In this document: piece by piece, positions 1-11,161 of the stretch | Layout: the number at the start of each line of letters is the position of its first letter | Numbering within the stretch: position 1 is the first letter of the stretch | Source: Paramoeba atlantica | Lineage: Eukaryota > Protista > Discosea | Assembly (NCBI GenBank): GCA_977017575.1 | Contig: CDRNVI010000014.1 | Span: forward strand, 124,001-188,000 | Length of the DNA stretch: 64,000 nucleotides | Reading direction: 5' to 3' | Made by a program: the position numbers and the translations under genes | The notes under the pieces: model-generated | Database searches by the model: none | The model's input: only the letters and a program-made list of their open reading frames with translations | What the model was told of the DNA's origin: nothing

Positions 1-337
1 ACTATGTCTGGGCTCCTCCAATGGTAAAAAAATGTGATTCGTGGCTGTCCATTTTAGCTTACATGTACAGTCCCCACCAATACAGTCCTCTCCCTCATGT
101 TATTGCCCATCGCATTTTTATTCGTGGAAATTTGGACAAGTTGAAGCCCATTAAAAGTCATTCTGCATCGATAAAAGGATAAACAGAAGCAAATTTAGCT
201 TTTCGTATATGAATCCTAGCTCTACTTCGAAGCTACTCTCCTTCAATACTAGTTCTATACTGGTACAATGAATTAAACTTAATTTCTTTCTTCAATATCT
301 TAAGACTTTCTTACATAACTTCGCCAGTTTTAATGTT

Positions 338-865
338 CATGCGCTCGTCATGGCGCCGAGATACAGCCCTTGATGCGACAGCCGATATCATCGGCACAAT
401 CCGTAATGACGGATGTCGCACCAAGGGGGTTTAGCTCGGACTCTGTCGGTAGAGGTGGTCCAGGTAACTCGCCCTCTCTTTACGCAGCCGGAGGGGCGCA
501 CTGCAACCGACTCGGTCCCAGTCGGTAGAGGTGGTCCAGGCAACTCGCCACCTCTTTACGCAGCCGGAGGGGTGCACTGCAACCGACCACTGCCTCGCGA
601 TAAGACGAGGCAGAGCCACGCCCAGTGGTGCTCAAGGGAGGCCACCATGGCGCATGGCTCCCCGGGAAGGAAAGGGCGCGAAAGGAAGAAATCCGGGGAG
701 GGAAGAAAACTCACTCAAAGAGTGAGCCGGGGAGGGGTGATGGGGTGGAAGTGCGTCGCCTACTTCGCCGAGAAAGAGGGACAGTTTCGGCCTTAGTGCG
801 GGCCGGCAACGGGCATATAACAGTAAGACTATGCTCGTTGCCGAGGAAAGAAAAGATGAACTAAA
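338..865. repeat. Structured dispersed non-coding element, copy 1 (homolog at 30215-30811)
   Basis: Shares with copy 2 the 5' motif CAT(G/A)CGCTCGT..GGCGC.GAGATAC, a three-way junction at 374-420, and about 250 bp of 3' sequence (620-865 vs 30548-30795) including a 14-bp hairpin at 804-843. Confidence 0.85.
445..587. repeat. Two 67-bp tandem units (period 76 bp), each closed by GTCGGT/ACCGAC
   Basis: 445-511 and 521-587 differ at 4 positions; internal stems AGAGGTGG/CCACCTCT and GCAG/CTGC. Confidence 0.9.
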
Positions 866-1092
866 GGAAAATGTACCAACAAGGTACAGAAACTGTATCT
901 TTGTAAGATGAATATACTTAAAGGTGAATATACTTGAAGAATATACTTGAAGATGAATGCAATGAGTCTGTAAGTTCTCCAAGATTCTTAGCATGACATC
1001 ATCGGCGTTCCTCTTCAAACCAGCATTCCCCGAAGCACCATACTTTCCGTTTACGTTTTGGTGCACCACCACTTTGCGACAATGAGTTTCAT

Positions 1093-1289
1093 CCTAGCCT
1101 CACTGCGTCTCCGACTCCCGTCCTATGTGAAGTGCCAGCCGTGGGTTGCTACGGCGGGCTCGCCCGCCGGTCCGCAAGGACCGACCGTACGCATCGGAGT
1201 AACATCCGAGCCGTCGAGCCCCCTCGCGTGGACGGTAGAGGATCCATAGCCTGTCAAGGCCAAATGGGTGCAAAATTAGATTAGATTAG
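1093..1289 (+). mobile_element. SINE-like or 5'-truncated non-LTR retroposon with (TTAGA)n tail
   Basis: 11-bp direct repeat ATGAGTTTCAT at 1082-1092 and 1290-1300; TTAGA x3 tail; GC-rich hairpins inside, including GGTCC-GCAA-GGACC. Confidence 0.8.
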
Positions 1290-1870
1290 ATGAGTTTCAT
1301 GTGTTAGGGCGACTTGTGTACTTTTCTGTAGCACAAAACTTTCAGGACTACCAGCTTATGACTTTTGATTCATTCGATTTCCTCGGTCTAAAGAGCTACT
1401 TTGTTTAATATGAGGCCACGCCGACAAGAAAACCTAACACACCCTTGACAAGGCATAAAAGAATCACCAAAAACCTAAAAATGAACCTACTAGTTTATAA
1501 AAGGGGAAAAAATTATGCCGAAAAATGAAGAAAAATTCTGAACGTGAAAAGGCTAAATTTGCTTCAGTTCACCCGACGGTGCTTATGAGGAAGATTCGTT
1601 TGAGAGAGATGAATTAGATCTTCGGATAAGTAATGAGTCAGATGACGATCAAACAGAAATGTATCCATGAAATTTGCAGCTTTTGATCTTCAGTGTACGC
1701 AATTAGTTTCTTACTTATACTGTGACCCCCCTCTTCAATATGCATCCCCCCTTACCCCCCTTTAATACGCACAAAATTGAAGCTGAAGAAAAGTTTTGTA
1801 GTGGGACCTAATTGATTTTTACTTTTTTATATTCTTTTTAGAAAATCACTTAGGCTACCAACTTCGGACA

Positions 1871-2543
1871 ATTGCGGTGGTTGTATAACTACCGCTCTAC
1901 CCTCGATTATTGAAAAAAAGTGAACAAAAACAGTGAAAATATAAAGAGGAACACAGTAATATAATAGAAGAAAAATATATAAAAGGGGCTCACGTGGTCC
2001 AAAAATTTTCAAAAAAATTCGGACCCTTAGGGGGGGCATATCTTAGGGGGGGCATATATAATTCGGTCCAGGGGGGGGCATACCGCACGATTTTTTTTTG
2101 AAAAAATTATTTTTCGAAATAAAAGCGCAGAAGGGGTAGCCGGGGTATTGGAGCGCATTTTCCACCCCCCTACTCGGGGGTGTCCCCCCCTTGTATCCGC
2201 AGGACGGGTCCGACAAGTTCGGACCTTTTTTTTCCGGATTTTTTCGGATTTTGTTTTTTGAAAAAGTTTTCAACTTGAAAAAGATTCCAAAATTTTTCGC
2301 CTACTGTATTTTGATAGTTTGGGACTTATTCTCGCTTTCTACGCCATTGTTTTCGCGAGATGTCGCTTCGTGAAGCCGTGGTACTTTTTTGACTAAAAAA
2401 TGCGAAAAGTAATTTTCGGGCCCAAAGGGGTCTTTTTGGGTCGGAAGAATGGCGTGGTTGTAGTCGTATAGGTAGTTTTCAACGCGAAGCGCGCAGCATG
2501 AGTGACTTCTACGTTGAAAACAACCACCGCGTTTAACGAAGAG
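1871..2543 (+). mobile_element. Family A asymmetric non-autonomous element, copy 1
   Basis: Starts ATTGCGGTGGTTGTA with an end hairpin; G-run core; ends in a partial 95-bp palindrome. Homologous to 50401-51346, 54392-55005 and 48995-49490. Confidence 0.8.
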
Positions 2544-2705
2544 ATAAAATACTGTGATCCCCACATTTTGAGTAACCTTATGCCCCACCAGCCGTCTCAG
2601 CCGCCGTTACAGAGTCTCTTTTTCCTCGAAGGATAACAGACGACTGCTTTCCTGGATCAACACAAAATCTTCCATTACAATCAACACCGTGTCGAATTCG
2701 ATAGA

Positions 2706-3121
2706 TTGGTGTACGGGCTTATTTGGAATGCGGAGTGCATTCGTTGGAAAATTGATGAACCCAAATATTATCGCGATACACTAGAAAAAATTCCACTTGA
2801 TCATTCCGTTGTACAGGAATGGAAAAGACGGCCCATGTGTCATTGCACATTTCACAAGTACGACAGGGAAGACGCAGCGAATATAGGAGAATATCGCGAG
2901 GAAGTAAAGCATATTCTCAAGACGATTGGGGTCACCCGCATTGGGAAGTGCTCCGCACATGGGAAAAAAATCAGAAGACGTATAATAAATTAACAAGGAG
3001 TGAACTGAAGTCTAAGGCGGCTTCGCAGAAAGCTGCTCATGCAGAAGGTCTGAAAAAAAGGCAGGATAATAGAAAGAAGCGAAACAGAAGCATATTAAAA
3101 CGTTTTAAAAAGAATAGTTAA
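2706..3121 (+). pseudogene. C-terminal remnant of a PIF/Harbinger-type (DDE_Tnp_4-like) transposase
   Basis: LIWNAEC and RPMCHCTF match LMWNAEC and RPMGRTCNCRF of the 51376-52404 ORF. Confidence 0.6.
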
Positions 3122-3279
3122 TTACTTCTCACAGATTTACTACTATCCTAATTTTGCGGTCTTGAGCTGAAATCTTACTCACCCCTTCAAAATCTAGTAA
3201 ATAATCTAGTAAATAAGTACAGACTCCATAGGTTTTCACTGAGAGCGCCCGGGAGCGCCTGGGAAGGTTTCAAGCCTCC

Positions 3280-3470
3280 CAGGCTTGAAAGTGGACGAGG
3301 GAAATGGACCAATAGTGTAGGTGCGGCAGTTTCCCACAGGAAAAACGGTATATCCACCCTTTTAGGCACCTGTCTCCATGTCATAAGGGAGATACCATTT
3401 TTCCAGTGGGAAACTGCCGCATCTACTATTGGTATCTACTATTGGTATCTCCCTCGTCTACTTTAGCCTG
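3280..3470. repeat. Foldback/MITE-like long inverted repeat
   Basis: About 50-bp arms (CAGGCT..AAAGTGGACGAGGGA...GCGGCAGTTTCCCAC and its reverse complement); 13-bp tandem duplication in the right arm; no TSD found. Confidence 0.65.
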
Positions 3471-4377
3471 AAAAAAGCATGTTGAAAAAGTGAGCTGATG
3501 AAAAAAGGCGAATAGAAATTTGTAAATCGCTTCCGAAGAAGGGGGTCTCGAGTCTTCCAAAAGTTTATTTTTCTTTTTTAAAAATATCAGTTTATGTTGC
3601 CTTTGATTCTTTGCGGAAATTGTTTTTCCGGAAAATGTCTTGTCGGGCGAAATTCGATTAGGAATATAGGGTAGCGAGGAAGTAGTATCTCCCTCAATAG
3701 GATAATGCTTTACCAATGTGTAAGTTGAGTCCGGGTAAAAAAGTCCTAGCTGCGACATATCCATTCAAATTATTCGGCATAGAAAGGGAACGGACAATCG
3801 TGACTGATGATTTTCTTAACCCAGAACCTGCTTGTGAATATGCGCTTCTGGAAGGGGCATCTCTGGTCAATGCACACACGGACGTGCACGATGGAATGCG
3901 GAACGCAATAACATTCAGTACATTATAATGCATTGAGTGACATTTTTCCGCTACTTAGGAGCCTACCACATTGTGACTTGCGTTACCCGATGTGATGTTG
4001 CGGAGCCGTATTGTATACGGCGGCCTTTCTTGAATGCATTGTTCGACTTATGACTTAATTTCTATAAAAGTAGAAAAGAAAGGGATTTGCAATGCTTCAT
4101 CGCGCAAAAAGAAACGGTGGCACAAAAACGAAATATTTCAAAAGAAAATGTAACCTATTCTTCGTCTTTTAGACAGAGTATACGCTGACTGATGTATTGA
4201 TAGAATTACTGTTACACTCCCCGATGTATCTTCGTTAAAAAAATCTGTTCTCCGCCGTTTAAGTGAAGCCCGCTTTTTGCAAAAGGTGCGCTTAAAAGGG
4301 GGAGTCTGAATCACTACATAAAAAATATCAGCGATCATCGAAATTTGTACTGTATTGAAATTTCTTTTTACCTAGTA

Positions 4378-4986
4378 CTGTACCCCCCCTAGTTATCAGT
4401 CGCTACTTTTCGAGAAAAGGTGACAGATAACTAGGGGGGGTAGGGGTGCGACAGATAACTAGGGGGGTCAAAGTGCGACAGATATCTAGGGGGGTCCGTC
4501 ACCAAAAAAGCGAGGGAACGAAATGTTACAGAAACGGTATCTTTATTGCCTAGGAAGATTCCTTTCTACCCCAGTGGGGTACTGTAAGCTGAAGACATGC
4601 GTCTACGGGTTAAAAGAAGCCCAGGGAGTGAAGCGGATGATGAAGGGAATGCTGAAGGGGATGATGGAGTGGATAACGAAGGGGACAATGATGGGGATGA
4701 GGAGGGGGGCGATGGAGATGATGAAGCTAACGAGCTCCGACTCCTGCTTTCCAATTTCTATGGTAGAACTCCACGCAAGACTATTTGCCTAAAAACAGAA
4801 CAGAAAAAGACATAGAAGTTTCGCTCATACTTAACTTTTTAACTTCTTCATTTTTTTTGAAAAAAAGCGACAGATAACTAGGGGGCGTGGTCGACGAAAA
4901 AAATATTCGAAGTGCCGAAAAGCGACAGGGGGGGGGAGGTAAATAGGGGGGGGTGGGGGCGTGACAGATAACCAGGGGTGGTACAG
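4378..4986. mobile_element. pogo/Tc1-type non-autonomous element
   Basis: TIRs CTGTACCCCCCCTAGTTATC / GATAACCAGGGGTGGTACAG, TA on both sides, repeated GACAGATAACTAGGGGG subterminal motifs and an acidic residual ORF (4597-4815). Confidence 0.8.
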
Positions 4987-5190
4987 TACTTACTTACTAC
5001 TTACACTATACTGTACTTGCGAGTATACTTATTTTATAGCAATATTTCTTCAGTGTTCTTAACTTCCACCGATGCACTTGCTGAATGATCACTTCCTACC
5101 TCATGAACACTTCGCCCGGATACGCAATCAAATAATTCATATTATTTTACAAAATATAAGAAGGTTGAAAGCCTACTACGAGAAACGTAG

Positions 5191-6159
5191 TCACGTTAAC
5201 TGTCCATCGCTTTCGGATTTATGTGAAATTTTCGTCTTTTTGAGTGCGTAGCTTTCTGGGGTATATCTGGTTACAGAACTGTCCATTTCATGACGGCTTC
5301 TGGAATCCCCTTTTTCGTAGATCACAGCCTCAATGGCGTTGCCCTTCAGAAGAATGTATTTTTCATCTAAACCTGACGCTGTTAAGTCCACATCTCCCTC
5401 GAGTTCATTATTCAAAACATCAAGACTTTCTAGCCTTGAGGGAAGTGAAGAGACATCCAGTTTCCCTTCAAATTTGTTATGTCCGAGGGAAAGCCAGTGC
5501 ATTGCAGACGGAAGGTGTACAAGATCAAGCGTACCTCTTAATTGATTAAAATTCAACCAAAGCTGACGCATTGTTGCAGGTAATGCTGAAAGGTCTATCG
5601 TGCCATCAAATAAATTGCGGTCAGCACGAATTTGTTCCATATTAGGAGGTAGCTGAGTGAGATCGACGGGACCCTCCAATCGGTTCGTTGATAGAATGAG
5701 AGTTTCCATCGGTGCTGGAAGTGTTGTGAATCCGAATACTCCGTGATGGCGATGCGCTTCAACATTAAAGTACACCATTTGGGCGGTCAAATCGGTGGAG
5801 GATAATGCCCCTTCCAGTTTTGTCGGGTCCCTGAACATATCACGTTGCACGTTAACCTCTACTACATGTGGAGGCAGAAATTGCCATGTGAGATTTCCAG
5901 AGAGACCCAAACGCTTCCACTGAAGGTGTGTGACTTGTGACTCACGGTTACACTTCACTGCTTTCCAAGAACATGCGGAAGCTCGCTTTTTCCATGTTGG
6001 AGGCTGGCCCTCGACATATTGGATGAGCCGACGCATCATGTCAGTTTCGGACATTGTAACCGAGCTAACTTTGCTACCGAATTTTCGTCGCTTTTGCGGA
6101 GGTGGCTGCGGAGAATCGTCTACTGCAAAAATAGAACAAACCAGTATCAGATTGAACAT
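5191..6159 (-). CDS. Leucine-rich repeat protein, 322 aa
   Basis: CSWKAVKC cap and repeated LxxLxLxxNxFxGxLDLxxLP units. Confidence 0.9.
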   Translation of the reverse strand: MFNLILVCSIFAVDDSPQPPPQKRRKFGSKVSSVTMSETDMMRRLIQYVEGQPPTWKKRASACSWKAVKCNRESQVTHLQWKRLGLSGNLTWQFLPPHVVEVNVQRDMFRDPTKLEGALSSTDLTAQMVYFNVEAHRHHGVFGFTTLPAPMETLILSTNRLEGPVDLTQLPPNMEQIRADRNLFDGTIDLSALPATMRQLWLNFNQLRGTLDLVHLPSAMHWLSLGHNKFEGKLDVSSLPSRLESLDVLNNELEGDVDLTASGLDEKYILLKGNAIEAVIYEKGDSRSRHEMDSSVTRYTPESYALKKTKISHKSESDGQLT

Positions 6160-6480
6160 TGTAGTTGCATATAAAAAAAGGATTGTTTTATAGCTGTTGA
6201 AATACCATTCGAACTAGTAGGTAGTTTATTGAGAAAGCGTGACATTAGTTTTCTCCTTCAAAGTATGTGATCATGCGTACAATGAAGGCCATACAATGAA
6301 GTATGGAAGAAACTCTTCCTCGAACTCCAGAACTAAAAAACTCCTAGAAAAAAAACACGGTGTTTGCCATGTACACACCCTGGGGTAAGTGGCTTGTAAG
6401 TTACGTCTTACAACTAAAAAGAGCATATAAGCATGTATGTCGTAATTTTCACTTAAGAAAACAATTTCGGAGATCAGTTC

Positions 6481-6658
6481 AGCTCGGGTTTGATTGACTT
6501 TATTCGACTTTGATTGAGAGTTTCGTTCCGTTAATGACAGTGGTAGCGGGGAAATGTATACGACACTTACATAGCTCGGGTTTGATTGACTTTATTCGAC
6601 TTTGATTGCCAGTTTCGTTCCGTTAATGACAGTGATAGCGGGGAAATATATGCGACAG
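6481..6658. repeat. 92-bp-period tandem duplication at the truncated 3' end of a Tc1 copy
   Basis: AGCTCGGGTTTGATTGACTTTATTCGACTTTGATTG... at 6481 and 6573. Confidence 0.9.
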
Positions 6659-7188
6659 ATACTACTACGTTTCAGATACTTTTTTTTAACAATCGAATGG
6701 GTGGGGGCGTTGTCCATTTGAAGGATGGCCTTCCGGTGCGAACGAAAAAAACTTGCCATGCCACTCTCGTCGTAAGCCAACAAAATCTGTTCGGAGTTAA
6801 CAGAGGCACGCTGTTCTCTCTCGAAGATGAAGAAGAACAGACCAAAGTTAAAGGAATACCCCATCCACACCATTATCCCCTTCCCCCCAAAATGTTTTCC
6901 CCGCCGGTCCGATTGCCTCAGACGAGGTGCTTGCGTGCGACCGACGTAAAAGTCGGCGTTTGACCCCGCACAGCAACTGAACAGTTTTTCATCGGTAAAA
7001 ACAATGTTCAGGTAGTCAGCGTCACTCCACTTAAGCATGTCGTTCACACTCTTAAGACGGAGTTGTATGTGACGCGGTTTGAGACCAAGGTCTTTGGCCT
7101 TGCGAAGGCGTCCATAGCCCTTAAAAATAAGAGCCCTCCGGACACTACTCAGGGAGCCTCCGTGCTCGCTTCGCACCTCGTGATGCAC
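6592..7188 (-). pseudogene. Truncated Tc1/IS630-like transposase
   Basis: IVFTDEKLF, FGGKGIMVWMG and MDNAPTH motifs; the third catalytic motif is lost. Related to 21652-22161 and 14605-15688. Confidence 0.85.
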
Positions 7189-7846
7189 AACGGAGAACGT
7201 AGGACAACCCTACACGGTATCCTGCGACAGTCTCCGGCACGCAGAAACTCATGCGTTCATGTACCTTTCTGTAAGGACCGTACGCACCCCCTCTCGAGGT
7301 GGAGTACTGACGTGTGTGTGATCCTCATACTTCCGCACCCAATACTTTACAGTCCTGAGGGCAGTTTATGGAGTTTTGCGACTGCCTTATAGTACTTAAG
7401 TCGCTCGTAATCGATTACGAGTGCCGTACGCATCTCGGGGCGCACGCGGGAGGAAGGTAAACACAGGAGGCGGTGCCTCTTCGTCATGAATCACCAAAAA
7501 AACTGTTAATTTTGAAAAAAATCTACTCTGTAAAAAACATCGGTCTTTTTGCACTTTTTTTAAGTTTAGGCATGATACAGGTATCCACGAGTGAAAAGGA
7601 TGTCCTGAATGTCGATGAAATCGACATTTTTTTGGATACAATATACAGTAAGTTAACATTGCCCGTAAAGTTTAGTTTCTCGTTTTAAATGTACGAATAA
7701 CCATGTGAGTCGTAGAGTAGGTTCCACTGTTAATTTTTTATACGGTCATCGGTAACTGTCGTAAAGCACAAAAAACAGGACGACGCTTAATGCCCCTTAC
7801 CAGTTACTAAAAAGAGAAACAAAGACTTGCGAATTCCATGCCCTTC

Positions 7847-8458
7847 TCACTCTAATTTGATTTCAGGTGGACACTTTCCTATCCAAGGGGTGAGATGTAA
7901 TTTGTTTCCAGAAAGGTTCAAGCGCTGTACCACACGGGGCAAGGCGGAGAGATCGACACTTCCCGTAAATTGATTCTGTGACAAATCAAGGGCGAGTAAT
8001 TTTGCAGGAAGAGCTGTAAGCACAACATTACCCTCAAACTGGTTGGCACGTAAGTGCAAGCATTCCATAGCCTGAGGCAGTGAAGTCAGATCCAGCACTC
8101 CGTAGTGACGGTTCTCGTCTATCTCGAAAACACGAAGACGATAAGGAAGCTCGCACAACGATAAAGTGCCACACAATCTTTGACGAAAAGCACGAAATAC
8201 TCGAAGTGAGTATGGTAAGTAGCGCCACATAAAACTGCCCTGCAACTCCGGACTTTGGTAAGAGTATACTCCGTTGTGCCCCCAGTCTAGGACGGAAATT
8301 TGCTGCTCATGATTGCACGAAACATGCTTCCATCGACACGCTGGAGTATTCGCGTTCCAGGTTGATTCTTTGTACGTCACATTCTCAAGCAGTTGCATCA
8401 AAACATATTCTTGAGGAATCACCACACTGTGCACTTTTCCGGCACGTGAAACATCCAT
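7847..8458 (-). CDS. Leucine-rich repeat protein, 203 aa
   Basis: RAGKV..PQEY leader, CRWKHVSC cap, LRR units. Confidence 0.9.
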   Translation of the reverse strand: MDVSRAGKVHSVVIPQEYVLMQLLENVTYKESTWNANTPACRWKHVSCNHEQQISVLDWGHNGVYSYQSPELQGSFMWRYLPYSLRVFRAFRQRLCGTLSLCELPYRLRVFEIDENRHYGVLDLTSLPQAMECLHLRANQFEGNVVLTALPAKLLALDLSQNQFTGSVDLSALPRVVQRLNLSGNKLHLTPWIGKCPPEIKLE

Positions 8459-8825
8459 TTAGAACCGCGTATTGAAGATTTCGTTTGAAAGATAAGAACT
8501 GTAATATTCAAAATCAGCACGACATAAGTAAGATAAGCTTCAATATTTGTCGCCAAAAATTATAGAAATGTAAGGAGAAAGAATACTGTATAACCGTACA
8601 ATGGATACTACGCAATCCGTCAGTGCTAATCCGTGTGAGTTCATGATAGCCGGTCAGTCAGTGTCAGTCAGAAAATTCGTTTTTGAGTACCGACTTTGCT
8701 TTTAAAGAAAAATTTCTTCTGAAGAGAGAAAAATGTGTTGCTTTCTTTTACAGAAAAAGCAACACATGTACATAAATAAATTTATACTGTATGTATCGTA
8801 CCATAAGTACATGTACATGCACGTA

Positions 8826-9467
8826 TCATAGGAAAACGAAAGACGGAATAACTGATGCTATGTGAATATAATTTGATCTCAAATCGAGAGTAGTTAATGT
8901 AGCAGGAAGTTTCGAAAGGTTTACTTCACCTTCAAAACAGTTCCTCTGTAAGCACAAAATTATTAGCTCTTGGGGCAATGATGTAAGATCCAGTGCACCG
9001 GAAAATCGATTCCCATCGAGACTCAAACACGTCAACTTCTGCGGAAGCACCGTCAAGTCCACGGAACCGTAAAGGGCACAATTTGTGATAAAAATAGAAT
9101 ACAAACTAGGCGCGAGGTCTGCGATGGACAATACGCCGCTGATCCCCTTTAGTTCGCCCACAGCAAGGTGCAATGTCGTATCAGGCATGTACCTCCACGT
9201 AAATGTCCCGTAATATTCATCCTTCTCGCCGGTCAAAAATGAAATTATTGGTGATACTCCTAATTCTATGCGATTAACATTTCCATTCGTATCACACTGT
9301 ATGCCTTTCCATTCACAGGCGGTTGTGTTCGTCGTCCACGAGCAATGAGGGTTCGAAATGTTTGCAAAAAATCGCTCTAAATTATACTCCTGGGGAACCA
9401 ATATGCGCCCTACTTTGGCAGAACGTGAAACTGTGTCAGAAGTACGTAAAAAGGCACGTGAGATCAT
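8826..9467 (-). CDS. Leucine-rich repeat protein (ORF open to 9506; start at 9467 preferred)
   Basis: PQEYNL leader, CEWKGIQC cap, LRR units. Confidence 0.85.
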   Translation of the reverse strand: MISRAFLRTSDTVSRSAKVGRILVPQEYNLERFFANISNPHCSWTTNTTACEWKGIQCDTNGNVNRIELGVSPIISFLTGEKDEYYGTFTWRYMPDTTLHLAVGELKGISGVLSIADLAPSLYSIFITNCALYGSVDLTVLPQKLTCLSLDGNRFSGALDLTSLPQELIILCLQRNCFEGEVNLSKLPATLTTLDLRSNYIHIASVIPSFVFL

Positions 9468-9896
9468 CGTATTTTGCTTTGCATGTTTTCTAAAAAATAG
9501 TTGCACAAAAAGAGCTTTCGGAGAACTTTATTTTATTCTGCATGTCTAGGTTAAGATAAATTCTTAATCCCCTTATCCAAAGATTTTCTCAGACTTCCAA
9601 TTCAATATTTTGCCAATAAGAAGATAGAGTACAAGGACAATGTACAGATTAGCGTGTCCATTATACACGTTACGTAGATGCGAACATTCTAAACGCTTCG
9701 AGCTGTTCTTCTATAGTCTCTGGTAAAATTTTTTGTTTATAAAAGCATTTTAGTTTACATAGCACTTTTAAAATGCTAATGTACAATAGGCTAATGTACA
9801 TTAGTTGGCGAATTAGAAAAAGTGGAGGTGCAAAGGTAATAAAAAAGAGAGACTTTGTTTCTACCCTGTGTGCAACTTTGTGCGTTCGGTTGTGGT

Positions 9897-10532
9897 TCAG
9901 GACCGGTAGGCACGGAATGCCCCACCATTGAGTACCTTAATTTTCGTCGCACCAACGTGGTAACCAAGGATAGACGGCAATTTGAAAATATCCAGTTCAC
10001 CATACAGATTTTGGTTCAAATTTAACACCAAATGAGACAAAGTGGATGGAAGTTTATGAAAGGTCACTTCGCCTTCAAAACAATTCTCGCTTAAAATAAT
10101 CCTTTCTAAACTTTGCGGTAAAACTTATAGGTCGATTTTTCCTGAAAAATTATTATTTTGTAATAAAAAATGCACGAGACTGGATGAGAGACTTCCCCAA
10201 GATACGGCTCCGCAGAGTCTGTTTGGTTCTACTCCAAACTCAACTAATGTTGATGGAAAATGCTCCCACCCCAGAGTGTTGCGTAGTCCGCGAAATGCCC
10301 ACCAAATTCGCACCACTTGGCCATGCTCATCACAAGTGACACCTTCCCACTCGTGAGCGGGTTTCTTCGTGTCCCATGAGTGGTGCTTTTCTGCGAGGTT
10401 CTGAGTCAGTAGTGCTAATTCATACTCTGGAGGGCGTTCTGCTTTCAATCGACCCAGACGAGAAGGAACTTTGATTTCATCCGAGGCTCCTACATACATG
10501 TATAATAATAAATTCAGGTTTGGGCGCGACAT
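9897..10532 (-). pseudogene. LRR gene with one in-frame TAA at 10125-10127
   Basis: Translation continues in frame after KIDL* as VLPQSLERIILSENCFEGEV... to TGA at 9897-9899. Confidence 0.85.
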
Positions 10533-11161
10533 TTACAACAAGAAAATCAATTTGTTTTGTGAGATAATTTATTATTAAACGAATGTTCAAAGGACGACGT
10601 TCCGAAAAAAAAGAATCATTGAAAAGAAGTATTCTGCCGAATGATGTTCCGAAAAGAAGCATTTTATTCGTCATTATTTTCTTAGAGTTTTTTAAGAACA
10701 TGATAGCTGCTACGCTGGACGTCTATATTTCTACAATAGAATTTTAAGAATTTACAGTGGTTCTTATAAATTCCGAATATCCTGAATTCGGTCCGGCAGA
10801 GTGCACCGCCATATCGGCCTGCAAATCACGATTTTTGGTGCTGCTTTACGATCCACCACAACGTAACACGGAATAACCTTACGGACATCGGGAGATAGAA
10901 ACTAACACAACCCTGTAGATGTCCTTCTTCTCGCAAGACATGTGAAACCTCTCCAGGAAGAGCACCCACCATTCCATCGGACAAGTACTGTATACACTCT
11001 CTATCCATTTTCCCATGAAATTTCCAACCCTCAATTTCACGTATCCCCTCCTTTCTTTCACTCCCCACCAATCTTCCCTCCTCTCTCCAAACCCTACCCC
11101 CCCATATGGTTGGTATGATTACCCAACACACACCGCAGCCTACCCTACCACACCCTATACT

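Noticed and set aside
445-511. Twister, HDV or hammerhead assignment of the 67-bp unit
   Set aside because: CACTGC and GAGGG resemble twister, but P2 pairing and the UAA cleavage motif do not fit; no CUGAUGA/GAAA core.
2018-2060. Telomeric TTAGGG repeats
   Set aside because: Only two isolated instances within G-runs of Family A; no array.
6481-6658. CRISPR-like direct repeats
   Set aside because: Contiguous tandem duplication with no unique spacers, no cas genes, and a eukaryotic context.
7162-7173. GTGCTCGCTTCG, matching the U6 snRNA 5' end
   Set aside because: Only 12 nt, antisense within a Tc1 ORF; no ACAGAGA box downstream.
10125-10127. Stop-codon reassignment suggested by in-frame TAA/TAG in LRR genes
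   Set aside because: TGA (5191), TAA (20480) and TAG (58274) each terminate intact genes; single nonsense mutations explain these cases.
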